A DNA stretch of 64,000 nucleotides. Origin: an uncultured bacterium. GTDB lineage: Bacteria; Chlamydiota; Chlamydiia; Chlamydiales; SM23-39. The stretch spans positions 160,001-224,000 of the forward strand of contig OY970323.1 of NCBI GenBank assembly GCA_963716985.1. The letters run 5' to 3'. Under the pieces are notes generated by a model, which saw only the letters and a list, made by a program, of their open reading frames with translations, made no database searches and was not told the DNA's origin. Positions within the stretch are counted from its first letter, which is position 1. Each line of letters opens with the position of its first letter. This document shows, in pieces, positions 16,169 through 26,210 of the stretch. Made by a program: the position numbers and the translations under genes.

Positions 16169-18766
16169 ATGAAGAAGTTGATGATCTTTACTTTTCTTTT
16201 TTTTCTTTCACAGTTTCTCTTCGCTGAAGATCTAGCGGGATTAAAACCAAGACAGCCCAATTGGCGGTCCGACACGGTTTCGATTCATCCGAATGGAAAT
16301 CCCAAAGAGGTTATTTTTTATGAACCAACTCTTGAGGGAAAGGAAATTCCCGTAAAAAAGGTCACGTTTTATGAGGGGAGTGCGATTGCACAAGAAGTGG
16401 ATTTGATTCAGGTAGAAAAAGATTCTCCGGCTTATCAAAAATGGTCCTTTCCATTGGTCCCAAACGGAAGATGCGTGGATCTCTTTGAATCCGGCAAAGT
16501 GCAAAAGGTTTCTTTCTATGACAAAGGGTTTTTGGAAGGAGAAGTGATTGGCTATCATTCGAATGGAAACATCGCTTCCAAGTTTTTCTATCAATCAGGA
16601 GAACTTTCGGGACATTATGAGACTTGCTATGAAGAGGGGGGAAAAAAGGAGGAGGGGAGTTATAGCAGAGGGAAGCTTGTCTCGGAAAAGGTGGCCTACA
16701 CTCCCGCGCAGGAAAAAGTCTCGCTTTATACCTATGTGGATGGTCTTTTGGAGGGAAAGGGAACCGAGTGGTATCCCAACGGAGGCGTCAAAAACGAATC
16801 CTACTATCATCAAGGATTGTTGCATGGAAATGAGAAGAATCCCGCCTTCATTTTTTATGATGAGAAGCACGCGATCTTAGAAGTGCTCGATTTTAGGGAA
16901 GGAAAAGCTACGGGCCTTCATATCAAATACCATCCTAACGGCAAAGAGAGTTATCGCGTCCTTTATAAAGAAGGGAAGAAAGAGGGAAAAGAGTACTTTT
17001 TTTCTCCCGAGGGAAAGATTATTGGTGCGGGAGAATTTCAATCGGGCAAAGCGATCGGGAAGCATGATCTTCACCATCCGAATGGAAAGCTTTTCTATGA
17101 AAAGGTCTATGACTCTTCGGGAAATCTCCTTCGTCCCATTGTGGAATATGATGCGGAAGGAAATAAGGTAAGAGAATACTCCCTTAAAGAAGAGCGTCTT
17201 GAAGGGAAATATTGGGAATATCAAGAAAAAGGAGCGCTCCGTTTGGAGCATTTTTATTCAGAGGGACAATTGCAAGGGGAGCAAAAGGAGTTTTTTCCCT
17301 CCGGGCAGATAAAAATTCGCTGTTTTTACAAAGACAATAAACGAGACGGTCTTTATGAAGAATGGCATGAAAATGGAACGTTGATCGCAAAAATGAACTT
17401 CAAAGATGACCGGATGGATGGAGTTTCTCAAGAATGGTTTGCTTCCGGCAAGCGCAAAAGAGAGTCCTGTTTTTCTAAAGGAAGCCCCACCGAAAGATTT
17501 TCTGAATGGTTTGAAAATGAAAAAGAAAAGCTTGTGATGGAATGGAAAGAGGGAAAGAAATTGGGAATACATAAGATTTGGGATGAACAGGGAGACTTGC
17601 TCTTGGATGCTCAATATAAGGAGGATCTGTTGGACGGAGATTGTTTTTCTTGGTTCTCCAAGGGAAAGCCAAAAGAAAAACTTCATTATGAAATGGGCAA
17701 GATGCATGGAAAACAAGAGTGGTTCTACCCGAACGGAAACAAACAGAGGGTTGCTTTTTACGACCATGACCTTTTCGATCAGAGACTGCAGGCATGGTAT
17801 GAGGATGGGTCGGAACATCTCGATCAGACCTTTTCTAAAGGCCGGCCTATCGGAGATCAGCATGACTATTATCCCCCCTCTTTTTGCGAACATTCACAGA
17901 GCAAACAGCACGTTCGATGGTTTCACTATGATGACGAGGGAAAAATGCAGGGAGAGCAGAAGACCTTTTTCCCCAACGGAAAGGTCGAAGCGCTTGTGAC
18001 CTACGAGCATGGAGAGCTTCACGGAGTGAAATCCCTTTGGGACCGCGAAGGCAATCTTCTCGAACAGGCGACTTACGCAAAAGGAAAGCTTGAAGGAGAG
18101 TTTTTTCAAAAGCTTCCTGACGGAAGAGAGGTCTATTTCACCTATAAAAACAATTTCAAAAACGGCCCGCATCGTATTTTTTATCCGCAGCAAAAAGAAA
18201 AGGAGAGAATCAAGGCAATCCAGGCAAATTATAAAGATGATCTCTTGGACGGAAAGGTAGAAGAGTATAATCCAGAGGGAGTTTTGATGGCCGAATCCCT
18301 CTATTGCAAGGGAAAAAGGGAGGGGCTCACAACGCTTTTCTCTCCCCAGGGAAAGAAATGGATGACGGTCGCATTCAAAGGGGATGTAAAAGAGGGGCCA
18401 TGCACGGAGTATTCTCCCGAGGGAAAAATTCTCAAAGAGGTTACTTTTGTCAACGACCTGAAAGAGGGCGAGGAAAAATCTTTCTTCCCTAGCGGGTCTA
18501 AAGCCTCTCTCTCCATTTATAAAAAGGGACTTTTGGAGGACAAAAGCTTCTATTGGAACGAAAAGGGAGTCCTTGTTTTCGAAGGAGCCTACCAAGCCGG
18601 CAAGCGTCATGGGAAGATGATGAAATATAATGAAGAGGGAAAGCCTATTCTGGAACAAAATTTCTTGAACGACGAGCTCCATGGAGTCAAAAAGAAATAT
18701 GAGAAATCGGGAGAGGTTTTTCAGGTTTTCTATGACCATGGAAATAAGGTAGAAAAGAAGAAATAA
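16169..18766 (+). CDS. Exported MORN-variant repeat (YwqK-like) protein
   Basis: Signal peptide MKKLMIFTFLFF..AE; many G-x-x-x-G...Y-x-x-N-G repeats across about 865 aa. Confidence 0.85.
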   Translation: MKKLMIFTFLFFLSQFLFAEDLAGLKPRQPNWRSDTVSIHPNGNPKEVIFYEPTLEGKEIPVKKVTFYEGSAIAQEVDLIQVEKDSPAYQKWSFPLVPNGRCVDLFESGKVQKVSFYDKGFLEGEVIGYHSNGNIASKFFYQSGELSGHYETCYEEGGKKEEGSYSRGKLVSEKVAYTPAQEKVSLYTYVDGLLEGKGTEWYPNGGVKNESYYHQGLLHGNEKNPAFIFYDEKHAILEVLDFREGKATGLHIKYHPNGKESYRVLYKEGKKEGKEYFFSPEGKIIGAGEFQSGKAIGKHDLHHPNGKLFYEKVYDSSGNLLRPIVEYDAEGNKVREYSLKEERLEGKYWEYQEKGALRLEHFYSEGQLQGEQKEFFPSGQIKIRCFYKDNKRDGLYEEWHENGTLIAKMNFKDDRMDGVSQEWFASGKRKRESCFSKGSPTERFSEWFENEKEKLVMEWKEGKKLGIHKIWDEQGDLLLDAQYKEDLLDGDCFSWFSKGKPKEKLHYEMGKMHGKQEWFYPNGNKQRVAFYDHDLFDQRLQAWYEDGSEHLDQTFSKGRPIGDQHDYYPPSFCEHSQSKQHVRWFHYDDEGKMQGEQKTFFPNGKVEALVTYEHGELHGVKSLWDREGNLLEQATYAKGKLEGEFFQKLPDGREVYFTYKNNFKNGPHRIFYPQQKEKERIKAIQANYKDDLLDGKVEEYNPEGVLMAESLYCKGKREGLTTLFSPQGKKWMTVAFKGDVKEGPCTEYSPEGKILKEVTFVNDLKEGEEKSFFPSGSKASLSIYKKGLLEDKSFYWNEKGVLVFEGAYQAGKRHGKMMKYNEEGKPILEQNFLNDELHGVKKKYEKSGEVFQVFYDHGNKVEKKK

Positions 18767-18822
18767 TCGAGCGCCCGAGGAGACTTTCTTTCGTGCACCT
18801 TAAGAGATGCGATCGGGCCTTT

Positions 18823-19596
18823 CTAAAGAGAGAAGAACGAGAGGGCGTTGGCTTTTGTGGCGTCTGCGATCTTCTCGAGGGAATCATTTCGCAAGCGCGC
18901 AAGGGCTTTTGCCACCTCGGGAAGAAACGAGGGTTCATTTCTCTTGCCTCGATGGGGAGTTGGCGCAAGATAAGGGGCATCGGTCTCGATGAGCATTCTT
19001 TCTAGAGGAACGTAAGCGGCCACTTCGTGCAACGAGGGGTTTTTTGCGAAAGAAACAATCCCGCTAAAAGAAATCATCCAGCCCAAATCGAGCGCTTCTT
19101 TTGCTTCGAGGAGCGTTCCCGTAAAACAGTGAAGAAGAGCTCTTGGGCTCTTATATTCGCTTTTTGCAAGTGCAAAAAGGTCTTCAAAGGCCTCTCGGCA
19201 GTGAATGATAACGGGAAGATCAGAGCTTAAAGCGAGCTGAAAGTATTGGACTAAGAGTTTTTTTTGACTCTCTTTGCTCGATGGGTGGTAATGGTAATCG
19301 AGTCCTGTCTCTCCGATCGCTTGGATCTTTTTTTCTTTTGCGGCTTTGGAAAAAAACGGAAAATGGAGATCTCCTTCTTTTGCAGCATCGTGGGGAGTTG
19401 TGGCGGCAGCGAGCGAAATCCAAGGATATTGCTCGCAGAGTCTCAACCCTTGCCCTAATGCGGAAGGGTCGATGCAAACGTTGATGATTCTTTCGATGTT
19501 TTTTTGCTTTGCACGTGATAGAATTTCTCCTAATTCCTCTTCGGGGAAAAGAGAGAGGTGTGCATGAGAGTCGATGAAAGAGAGTTTTTGTTGCAT
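18823..19596 (-). CDS. tatD: TatD family hydrolase
   Basis: IDSHAHL, AIGETGLDY, IIHCREA, LHCFTG, LIETDAPYLAP, RGKRNEP. Confidence 0.93.
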   Translation of the reverse strand: MQQKLSFIDSHAHLSLFPEEELGEILSRAKQKNIERIINVCIDPSALGQGLRLCEQYPWISLAAATTPHDAAKEGDLHFPFFSKAAKEKKIQAIGETGLDYHYHPSSKESQKKLLVQYFQLALSSDLPVIIHCREAFEDLFALAKSEYKSPRALLHCFTGTLLEAKEALDLGWMISFSGIVSFAKNPSLHEVAAYVPLERMLIETDAPYLAPTPHRGKRNEPSFLPEVAKALARLRNDSLEKIADATKANALSFFSL

Positions 19597-19709
19597 GAGA
19601 TGAAGTGGCTTTTTGCCAAAGGATAATGCGATCGGCCAACTTTGGCAAATGCTTCTTTTCCTCAAATGAAAAAAATGCAAAAATGGATAGGGAACATTAG
19701 AGGAAGTGT

Positions 19710-20426
19710 GTGAAAGAGATTATTGCTGTTGCCCCTTTTTTTTCTGCTTATACTCAATCGGACCTTTTTGGAAAGCTGGTCTTTTTGGGACTTTTTTTTC
19801 TATCGTTTATCTCCTGGATGGTGCTTCTCCACAAGCTGTTTTTGATGCGCAAATTGAGGCGCATGGGCCAACAATTTGAGTATATTCTTTCCCAGCACTC
19901 CGGCCATTTTTTAGGCTTTAGTGAAGGAACTCTTGCGATGACGTCCCATCCCCATTTCGAGGTGTTTCGCATTCTGAAACAGAAAACGATCGAGCTTCTC
20001 AATAAGAATCGCGAATATGCGCAAAATAAAGAAGAGGTGACCCTTTCTCAATATGATATCGAGTGGATTGAAACGCATCTGGAAACAACGCTCTCTTCTC
20101 AAGTCAAGGAAATGGAAAAAAATCTCTTCATCCTCTCCACGGTAGTGACGCTTGCTCCTTTTTTGGGGCTTTTGGGAACCGTATGGGGAATCTCGATTAC
20201 CTTTGCAAATTTGCATGGGTCGGCCATGGCCATGGGAAACTCAGCGGTTCTCTCGGGCCTTGCGATGGCGCTTGGAACAACGGTTGTGGGACTGGTGGTT
20301 GCGATTCCCGCTTTGGTTGCCTATAACTATCTGAAAAACAGCGTCCGTGATTTTGCCAAGGACCTGGAGATTTTTTCTCATCGAATGCTTTCTATGGTTG
20401 AGATCCAATATCGTAAGGTAGACTGA
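19710..20426 (+). CDS. tolQ: TolQ/ExbB proton channel protein
   Basis: APFLGLLGTVWGI and ALGTTVVGLVVAIPA motifs. Confidence 0.9.
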   Translation: MKEIIAVAPFFSAYTQSDLFGKLVFLGLFFLSFISWMVLLHKLFLMRKLRRMGQQFEYILSQHSGHFLGFSEGTLAMTSHPHFEVFRILKQKTIELLNKNREYAQNKEEVTLSQYDIEWIETHLETTLSSQVKEMEKNLFILSTVVTLAPFLGLLGTVWGISITFANLHGSAMAMGNSAVLSGLAMALGTTVVGLVVAIPALVAYNYLKNSVRDFAKDLEIFSHRMLSMVEIQYRKVD

Positions 20427-20845
20427 TGCGAAAAAAACGAAGTTTTTCAGATTCTTCCGTCCTTGACGAGACACTCATCAACTTGACGCCTTTGATCGAC
20501 GTTGTTTTTGTCGTACTCGTTGCTTTCATACTCATAGCGCCTCTTTTGGAGATGGATCAGATTGATTTAGCGGCAGGCGGAAAAACGTCTCAAAGAGATC
20601 TCTCCGGGAGGGGAGCTATTTGCATTTACGTGAAGGCGGATGATTCGATCTGGATGCGCAATCGTCCGGTGAGCTTGCAAGAACTGAGCGGTATTTTGAA
20701 AGAAGCGCATGAGCGCTCCCCTCAAGAAATCCCGCAAGTCTTTCATGACCGCAAAGCCTGTTTCGGCACCTATCAAACCCTCAAAAGTTGCGTGGAAGAG
20801 GCGGGATTTGAGCAGATGCATGTCTTTTTGAAGTCAAATAATTAA
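20426..20845 (+). CDS. tolR: TolR/ExbD
   Basis: INLTPLIDVVFVVL motif. Confidence 0.9.
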   Translation: MRKKRSFSDSSVLDETLINLTPLIDVVFVVLVAFILIAPLLEMDQIDLAAGGKTSQRDLSGRGAICIYVKADDSIWMRNRPVSLQELSGILKEAHERSPQEIPQVFHDRKACFGTYQTLKSCVEEAGFEQMHVFLKSNN

Positions 20846-20849
20846 ACCC

Positions 20850-21740
20850 ATGCAAAATCTCTATCGCATAGGATTTCGGACGATTTTTCTGGTGGGAGTT
20901 AGCCACTTGCTTCTGGTTGTTTTCTTTTTGATCGCCAAAACTCCTTTGCGCCCCGCCCACAAAACCATCCTTGTGAAAAGTTTTTCTGCGCCCTCTGTTT
21001 TTCAAGAGCGCACACCTCTTGCCAAACCTACAAAAGAGACCCAAAAGCCTACTCTAGAATCGATCGTTCCGAAAGAGAGGATGTCTGCGGCAGTGAAGGA
21101 AATGCCCAAAAAAGAGATCATTGAAAAGAAAGAAAACACTATCCCTTCAGAAAAAAAAACCACCTCTTTGAAAAAATACAGCCCGAAATTGGCGTCGGAG
21201 TCCTTCAAAAAGAGCGGTTTGGTTCAGAAAAAAAATCTCCAAGAAAAGGTTTCTCGATCGGGGGAAAGGCCGAAAGTGCGGCCGAAAGAGGAGGGCAGTC
21301 GGCCCCCTCTGCAAAGAGAGTATGCAGAGTCTTTGGTCAAGGAGATAGAAAAAAATATTGCTTTTCTTGCTCATCCCTCGGGAAAGCAGAGTTCGTGGGC
21401 GGAAATCAAAGTGCCCTCTTATGTCCAGCCCTCCTCCCTTGAAGCAAAGGTGGAAAATGCGCCTTTTTCCTCGAACGAATCCTCAGTTTATCAAGATCGG
21501 CTCATTCAGGATTTGAAAAATAATCTCAAGCTGCCCGAATATGGAGAGGTAAAATTGCTCGTGAGAATTTCTTCTAAAGGAGATGTGATAAAAGCCGAGG
21601 TTCTCTCTTCTAGAAGCGAAAGGAACAAAGGTTATTTGCAAAAAGAACTCTTGCGATTACAATTTGCCTGGTTCCCCCAGGTTCTGTCAGAGGCTCCTTT
21701 TTATGATTTTGTTATTACATTTCAAAACGAGAACCCGTAA
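20850..21740 (+). CDS. tolA: TolA/TonB-like protein
   Basis: N-terminal TM with SHLL, Lys-rich linker, TonB_C-like end; between tolR and tolB. Confidence 0.7.
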   Translation: MQNLYRIGFRTIFLVGVSHLLLVVFFLIAKTPLRPAHKTILVKSFSAPSVFQERTPLAKPTKETQKPTLESIVPKERMSAAVKEMPKKEIIEKKENTIPSEKKTTSLKKYSPKLASESFKKSGLVQKKNLQEKVSRSGERPKVRPKEEGSRPPLQREYAESLVKEIEKNIAFLAHPSGKQSSWAEIKVPSYVQPSSLEAKVENAPFSSNESSVYQDRLIQDLKNNLKLPEYGEVKLLVRISSKGDVIKAEVLSSRSERNKGYLQKELLRLQFAWFPQVLSEAPFYDFVITFQNENP

Positions 21741-21749
21741 AGGTAAAAA

Positions 21750-23111
21750 ATGTTTGATAAAATAAAAAATCTTTTGTTCGATCTTCTGCTCTTTTCCCCT
21801 TTTCTTTTGCAAGCGGAAGAAGAGCTTCATGTGGTTTTGCCGACGCAATCACAGCTTGCCTTTCTTTATCGATCCCCCATCTACTGCCAAGAATCGAGTT
21901 TTGAAAGGATCTACGTACAAGAGCTGCAGAGGATCTATCATCAGGATCTGGACCAAAGCGGCGTTTTTCTCGTGGCAAAAGAGCAGGAAGAGAAGAATCT
22001 TCTTTTAAGTAAATCAAATCCCGAAGAAGCGTTTGATGCAAAGGTTTGGAAAAAGGAAAAAATTTCCTATGTGATCAAAGCCGTTTCTTCTCAAAAGGAA
22101 GTGGAGGTGCAGGTCTATAATCCCCATGAATCGAAACTTTGGAAATTCAAGGCCGACTTGACGGGGCGCTTTGCGGAAGATCGGCAGAAAATGCACCGGC
22201 TTTGCGATTATCTCATTGAAAGGCTGACGGGGAAAAAAGGCGTTGCCAGCGGCAGAATCCTCTATACTGTAAGAGTTCCCAACCCCGCATCCAACGGGCC
22301 CAAATGGATTTCTGAGGTTTGGATCTGCGATCGAGACGGCTCGAATGCCCATGCGGTCACGGCGGAGAAGAGTTATGCGATGCATCCTCTCTTCATGTCC
22401 ATGAGAAATCCGGGAGATTTTATCTATGTTTCCTATAAAGACGGCCAGCCCAAGATCTACCACTTTTGGGCAGAAAAAAAAGATTCCACGCCCCTCATTT
22501 CTTTGCGAGGCAATCAGATTTTGCCCGCTTTTTCGGCCGCAAAAGATTGTCTTGCCTTTATTTGCGACGCTGCCGGACGGCCCGATCTTTTCTTGCAAAG
22601 GTTGGACGCAAGAGGAGAGGCGATAGGCAAGCCCTTGCAGCTTTTTTCCTTTCCAAGGGCCACGCAAGCCTCGCCGACCTTTTCTCCCGATGGGAGAAAC
22701 ATTGCTTTTGTCTCCGACAAAGATGGCCCCCCTAGAATTTATGTGGTCCGGATTCCGGAAGATATTTCTTTTCATAAACGGCCGGAGGCAGCGCTCATAA
22801 CGAAGAAGAATCGGGAAAACGTTTCTCCTGCATGGTCTCCCGACGGGACAAAAATTGCTTACAGCGCCAAAACCGATGGGGTGCGGCAGATATGGATCTA
22901 TGATTTTCAAACAAATGACGAGTGGCAATTAACAAAAAGCTCCGGCAATAAAGAGAATCCTTCTTGGGCAAAAGATAGTTTGCACCTTATTTATAATACC
23001 GATGATCAAAATTCGGGCGAGCTTTATGTTATTGATTTAAATTTACAAACACCTGTTAAAATAACAAATGGGTTTGGAAAAAAACGATTTCCATGTTGGG
23101 AGCCTTTCTGA
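21750..23111 (+). CDS. tolB: TolB
   Basis: PD40 repeats: SPTFSPDG, SPAWSPDGTKIAY, NPSW. Confidence 0.92.
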   Translation: MFDKIKNLLFDLLLFSPFLLQAEEELHVVLPTQSQLAFLYRSPIYCQESSFERIYVQELQRIYHQDLDQSGVFLVAKEQEEKNLLLSKSNPEEAFDAKVWKKEKISYVIKAVSSQKEVEVQVYNPHESKLWKFKADLTGRFAEDRQKMHRLCDYLIERLTGKKGVASGRILYTVRVPNPASNGPKWISEVWICDRDGSNAHAVTAEKSYAMHPLFMSMRNPGDFIYVSYKDGQPKIYHFWAEKKDSTPLISLRGNQILPAFSAAKDCLAFICDAAGRPDLFLQRLDARGEAIGKPLQLFSFPRATQASPTFSPDGRNIAFVSDKDGPPRIYVVRIPEDISFHKRPEAALITKKNRENVSPAWSPDGTKIAYSAKTDGVRQIWIYDFQTNDEWQLTKSSGNKENPSWAKDSLHLIYNTDDQNSGELYVIDLNLQTPVKITNGFGKKRFPCWEPF

Positions 23112-23149
23112 TATCTTGGAAATTATGAAAAACATTTCATGAGGTCAAT

Positions 23150-23836
23150 ATGAAAAAATATTTCTTTGCCTTTCTATGCGCTTGCATGGTTTTGAGCCTT
23201 GCAAGTTGTCAAAAAGGTAAAAAAAATGGGTGGGATGATATTAAAACCGCTGGCCGTTATATGAATCGAGGAATCGATACGATGTTTGGCAAGCCTTATG
23301 ATTCTCGTTTGATTGATAAAGAAGGTGATTTTGCAGGTCCTAATAAAGAACAGTTTGTTGCTTTGAGAGATAAGGATCTTCATACGCAATTTGCATCCAC
23401 TGATATGGCGCTCTCTCAGCCGTCGGTCTTCCCCGGAGAAAAGGGAAGCGGACTTCCCGGATTGCAAAGTTTTTACGCGCCTCCTGCAGAACTGGTCGCG
23501 GTCTTTCAAATGATTCATTTCGACACCAATGATTCTCAGGTGCGCTCGACTCGAGATTTCGAGGCGATTCGTCAGATTGCCGATTACGTGAAGGCCCATT
23601 CTTCCGTCTATCTTTGCCTGGAAGGGCATTGTGATGAAAGAGCGTCTGCTGCTTTCAACATGGCACTTGGAACGAGAAGAGCCAATCAGGTACGATCTTT
23701 GCTTATTAAGCAGGGAGTGGACATCAACCACCTCTTCCCGGTTTCCTATGGAAAGGAAAAGCCTTTGGCTTCGGGTCATGAGGAGAGTGATTGGCGGCAG
23801 AATCGAAGAGTTGAATTTAAGCTGTATCAAAAATGA
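23150..23836 (+). CDS. pal: Peptidoglycan-associated lipoprotein Pal
   Basis: Lipobox LASC; OmpA domain EGHCDER...NMALGTRRA...SYGKEKP...NRRVEF. Confidence 0.92.
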   Translation: MKKYFFAFLCACMVLSLASCQKGKKNGWDDIKTAGRYMNRGIDTMFGKPYDSRLIDKEGDFAGPNKEQFVALRDKDLHTQFASTDMALSQPSVFPGEKGSGLPGLQSFYAPPAELVAVFQMIHFDTNDSQVRSTRDFEAIRQIADYVKAHSSVYLCLEGHCDERASAAFNMALGTRRANQVRSLLIKQGVDINHLFPVSYGKEKPLASGHEESDWRQNRRVEFKLYQK

Positions 23837-24453
23837 TCAAGAAAAAACAGTTGTTCCTTTTATGCATCCTCTCATCTTTTGGGTTGGGAGGATGTTTTTT
23901 TGCTAGTAGCCGCTCGAGCGGGGAGACTCCCGCTGCAGATGTTGCCTTGCAGCAAGTGCAGACGCGTCTTGATGATTCCCACCATGATTTGCACTGCATG
24001 CAGGCGGATTTTCAGATCATCGAATCGCGCATCAAACAGTTGGAAATTTCGATTGCGAACCTGAAAAATCTATCGCGACAACTCCAATCGCTGGAGATGA
24101 GGCAGCAAGAGATTCTCAAGGATATCAAACAGCTCTCTTCTCATGCCAATGAAACGACAGCTTCTTTTTCTCAGTATAAAAATCGTTTGGGCGAGCTGGA
24201 GAAAGAGATCTCTTCCCAGCATCAGAAACTCAATGAAGTGCATCAGCTCAAAGGTTCTTTAGAGTCCGTTGCGGAGTCGATCAAACAGATTTCCTCGCAA
24301 GATGCAACCTATCGGGTGCGCACCGGGGATTCATTGGAAAAAATCGCGCGCAAGTACAGGGTCTCTCTGGAGTCGCTCAGAAAGGCCAACGGTTTGGATC
24401 AGGATCGTATCATGGTGGGGCAGGAATTAAAGATTCCGCCGATTCATCCATAA
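23833..24453 (+). CDS. Coiled-coil + LysM lipoprotein
   Basis: LGGC lipobox-like motif, coiled coil, LysM YRVRTGDSLEKIARKY...IMVGQELKIP. Confidence 0.88.
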   Translation: MIKKKQLFLLCILSSFGLGGCFFASSRSSGETPAADVALQQVQTRLDDSHHDLHCMQADFQIIESRIKQLEISIANLKNLSRQLQSLEMRQQEILKDIKQLSSHANETTASFSQYKNRLGELEKEISSQHQKLNEVHQLKGSLESVAESIKQISSQDATYRVRTGDSLEKIARKYRVSLESLRKANGLDQDRIMVGQELKIPPIHP

Positions 24454-25262
24454 TGTCTGAGAGTTTTATCGCTATTTTTGATTCAGGACTCGGAGGGCTT
24501 ACCATCCTGCGCGAGGTGATGCGCATCCTTCCTTCTGAAAATCTTCTCTATTTTGGCGACATGGCGCGCGTTCCCTATGGGGGAAGAAGCCCAAAGACAA
24601 TCGTGCGCTATGCAATGGAGAACATTCGTTTTTTAATGCAGCGGCGCATCAAGTGTCTTGTCATTGCTTGCCATACCGTATCTGCCTATGCTTTGCCGGA
24701 TCTGCAAAGAGAATTTTCCCTTCCGATCCTTGGCGTCATCGAGCCTGCCGTTGAAGAAGTTCTCAAAAATAAGAGCGCGCGCCACATCCTCATTTTAGCA
24801 ACTGCGGCAACGATTGCGTCAAACATCTATCCAAAGCTGATTTTGGAAAAAAGGCCGCATATGAAGATTACTTCGATTGCAGCCCCTCTTTTTGTCCCGC
24901 TTGTGGAAGAAGGGGTGATTGCGCATCCTGCGACCGATCTCATCGTAAAAGAGTATTTACGAGCGGTCGAAGGACAAAAAATAGATGCGGCCCTTCTCGG
25001 CTGCACCCATTACCCATTAATCAAAGAAGCGATACAGAAAGGATTAGGTCCCGGCGTTTCCTTGATTGAGGCAGGCCCATTGACTGCAAAGAGTCTTTTC
25101 GATCTCCTTGATGCACGGGGGCTTCTTTCGCCATCCAAAAAAAGAAAACTCTCTTTTATCGTCACGGATCATCGGGAAAAATTTTGCAGGATGGCCTCTT
25201 CCTTTTTGGGACAAGCAATTGATCCTAAAGATGTTGAGGAAGTGGACGTCACTTCCTTATAA
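24453..25262 (+). CDS. murI: Glutamate racemase
   Basis: IFDSGLGGLT, PYG, IACHT, LGCTHYP. Confidence 0.92.
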   Translation: MSESFIAIFDSGLGGLTILREVMRILPSENLLYFGDMARVPYGGRSPKTIVRYAMENIRFLMQRRIKCLVIACHTVSAYALPDLQREFSLPILGVIEPAVEEVLKNKSARHILILATAATIASNIYPKLILEKRPHMKITSIAAPLFVPLVEEGVIAHPATDLIVKEYLRAVEGQKIDAALLGCTHYPLIKEAIQKGLGPGVSLIEAGPLTAKSLFDLLDARGLLSPSKKRKLSFIVTDHREKFCRMASSFLGQAIDPKDVEEVDVTSL

Positions 25263-25468
25263 TAGAGCCGCCTTTTCTGTGGGTCCGCTTCGTTGCAAAA
25301 ACCCACCGATCTGCCCATAGAGGATCGTATAGGAAGAGAAAATCGACCTTTTCCCGAAAACTCCTCGCATCAAAAAGGGAGATACAACTCTTTTTTAAAA
25401 GAATCTTTCAAATAAAAATTTATCAGATTATTCTATTTTATGTGGTTGCACTCAAACGCGGGGAGAAT

Positions 25469-26209
25469 ATGGCTTCCAAAAAACGCATTTTGCTCATTGA
25501 GGATGAAGAAGATATCGCTTCTCTTATCAAGCTTCATGCAGAGATCTTCGGTTATAGGCTTTACGTGGAAGTAGATGGGGTCAATGGCTTTCGCGCTATT
25601 GAAAGAGAAAAGCCGGATCTGGTCCTTTTGGATATCATGCTCCCCGGAGAAAATGGATTTGATATTTGCCGCAAAATGAAAAGCTCTGCATCTTTTCGAA
25701 AAATCCCGATCATTATTATATCTGCTAAAACGCAGGAAATCGACATGATTTTAGGGCTGGAGCTTGGAGCAGATGATTACATGCCCAAGCCTTTTTCTTT
25801 GCAACTGCTTTTTTCTAAGATCAAGGCCCTGCTCAGACGCACCCAGGAAAAGGGGAAAGAAAAAAAGATCTTTGCTTTTGGAGATTTTCTTCTGGACACC
25901 GATCGATTCCTTTTCAAAAAAGAGAACAAGAATATTGCGCTGACTCTATCGGAATTTGGTATTTTGCGGCGCCTTTTGAGCAATCGGGGAGAGGTTCTTT
26001 CGCGAAGCCAGCTGCTCGACGATGTCAATAACGATGAGGATTTTATCATCGATCGCAACATTGACGTGCACATCGCATCTTTAAGAAAAAAACTGGGCCT
26101 TCATTCCGAGTGGATCGAAACGGTTCGCGGGATCGGCTATCGCTTTACGGAAGAGGAGAGGCCAAGCCCGAGGAAAACAAAGGCCGCAAAAGAAGATGCA
26201 AATCATTGA
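25469..26209 (+). CDS. OmpR/PhoB-family response regulator; no kinase in the window
   Basis: LIEDE, LLDIMLPG, GADDYMPKPF, wHTH RNIDVHIASLRKK...IETVRGIGY. Confidence 0.92.
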   Translation: MASKKRILLIEDEEDIASLIKLHAEIFGYRLYVEVDGVNGFRAIEREKPDLVLLDIMLPGENGFDICRKMKSSASFRKIPIIIISAKTQEIDMILGLELGADDYMPKPFSLQLLFSKIKALLRRTQEKGKEKKIFAFGDFLLDTDRFLFKKENKNIALTLSEFGILRRLLSNRGEVLSRSQLLDDVNNDEDFIIDRNIDVHIASLRKKLGLHSEWIETVRGIGYRFTEEERPSPRKTKAAKEDANH

Positions 26210-26210
26210 T

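Noticed and set aside
16169..18766. YwqK antitoxin of a toxin-antitoxin pair
   Set aside because: The resemblance is only generic MORN-variant repeats; it has a signal peptide and no adjacent toxin.
22014..22928. Long antisense ORFs (also 17894-18739, 23174-23830, 54227-54865, 7790-8452)
   Set aside because: Shadow frames opposite well-conserved genes, with no motifs.
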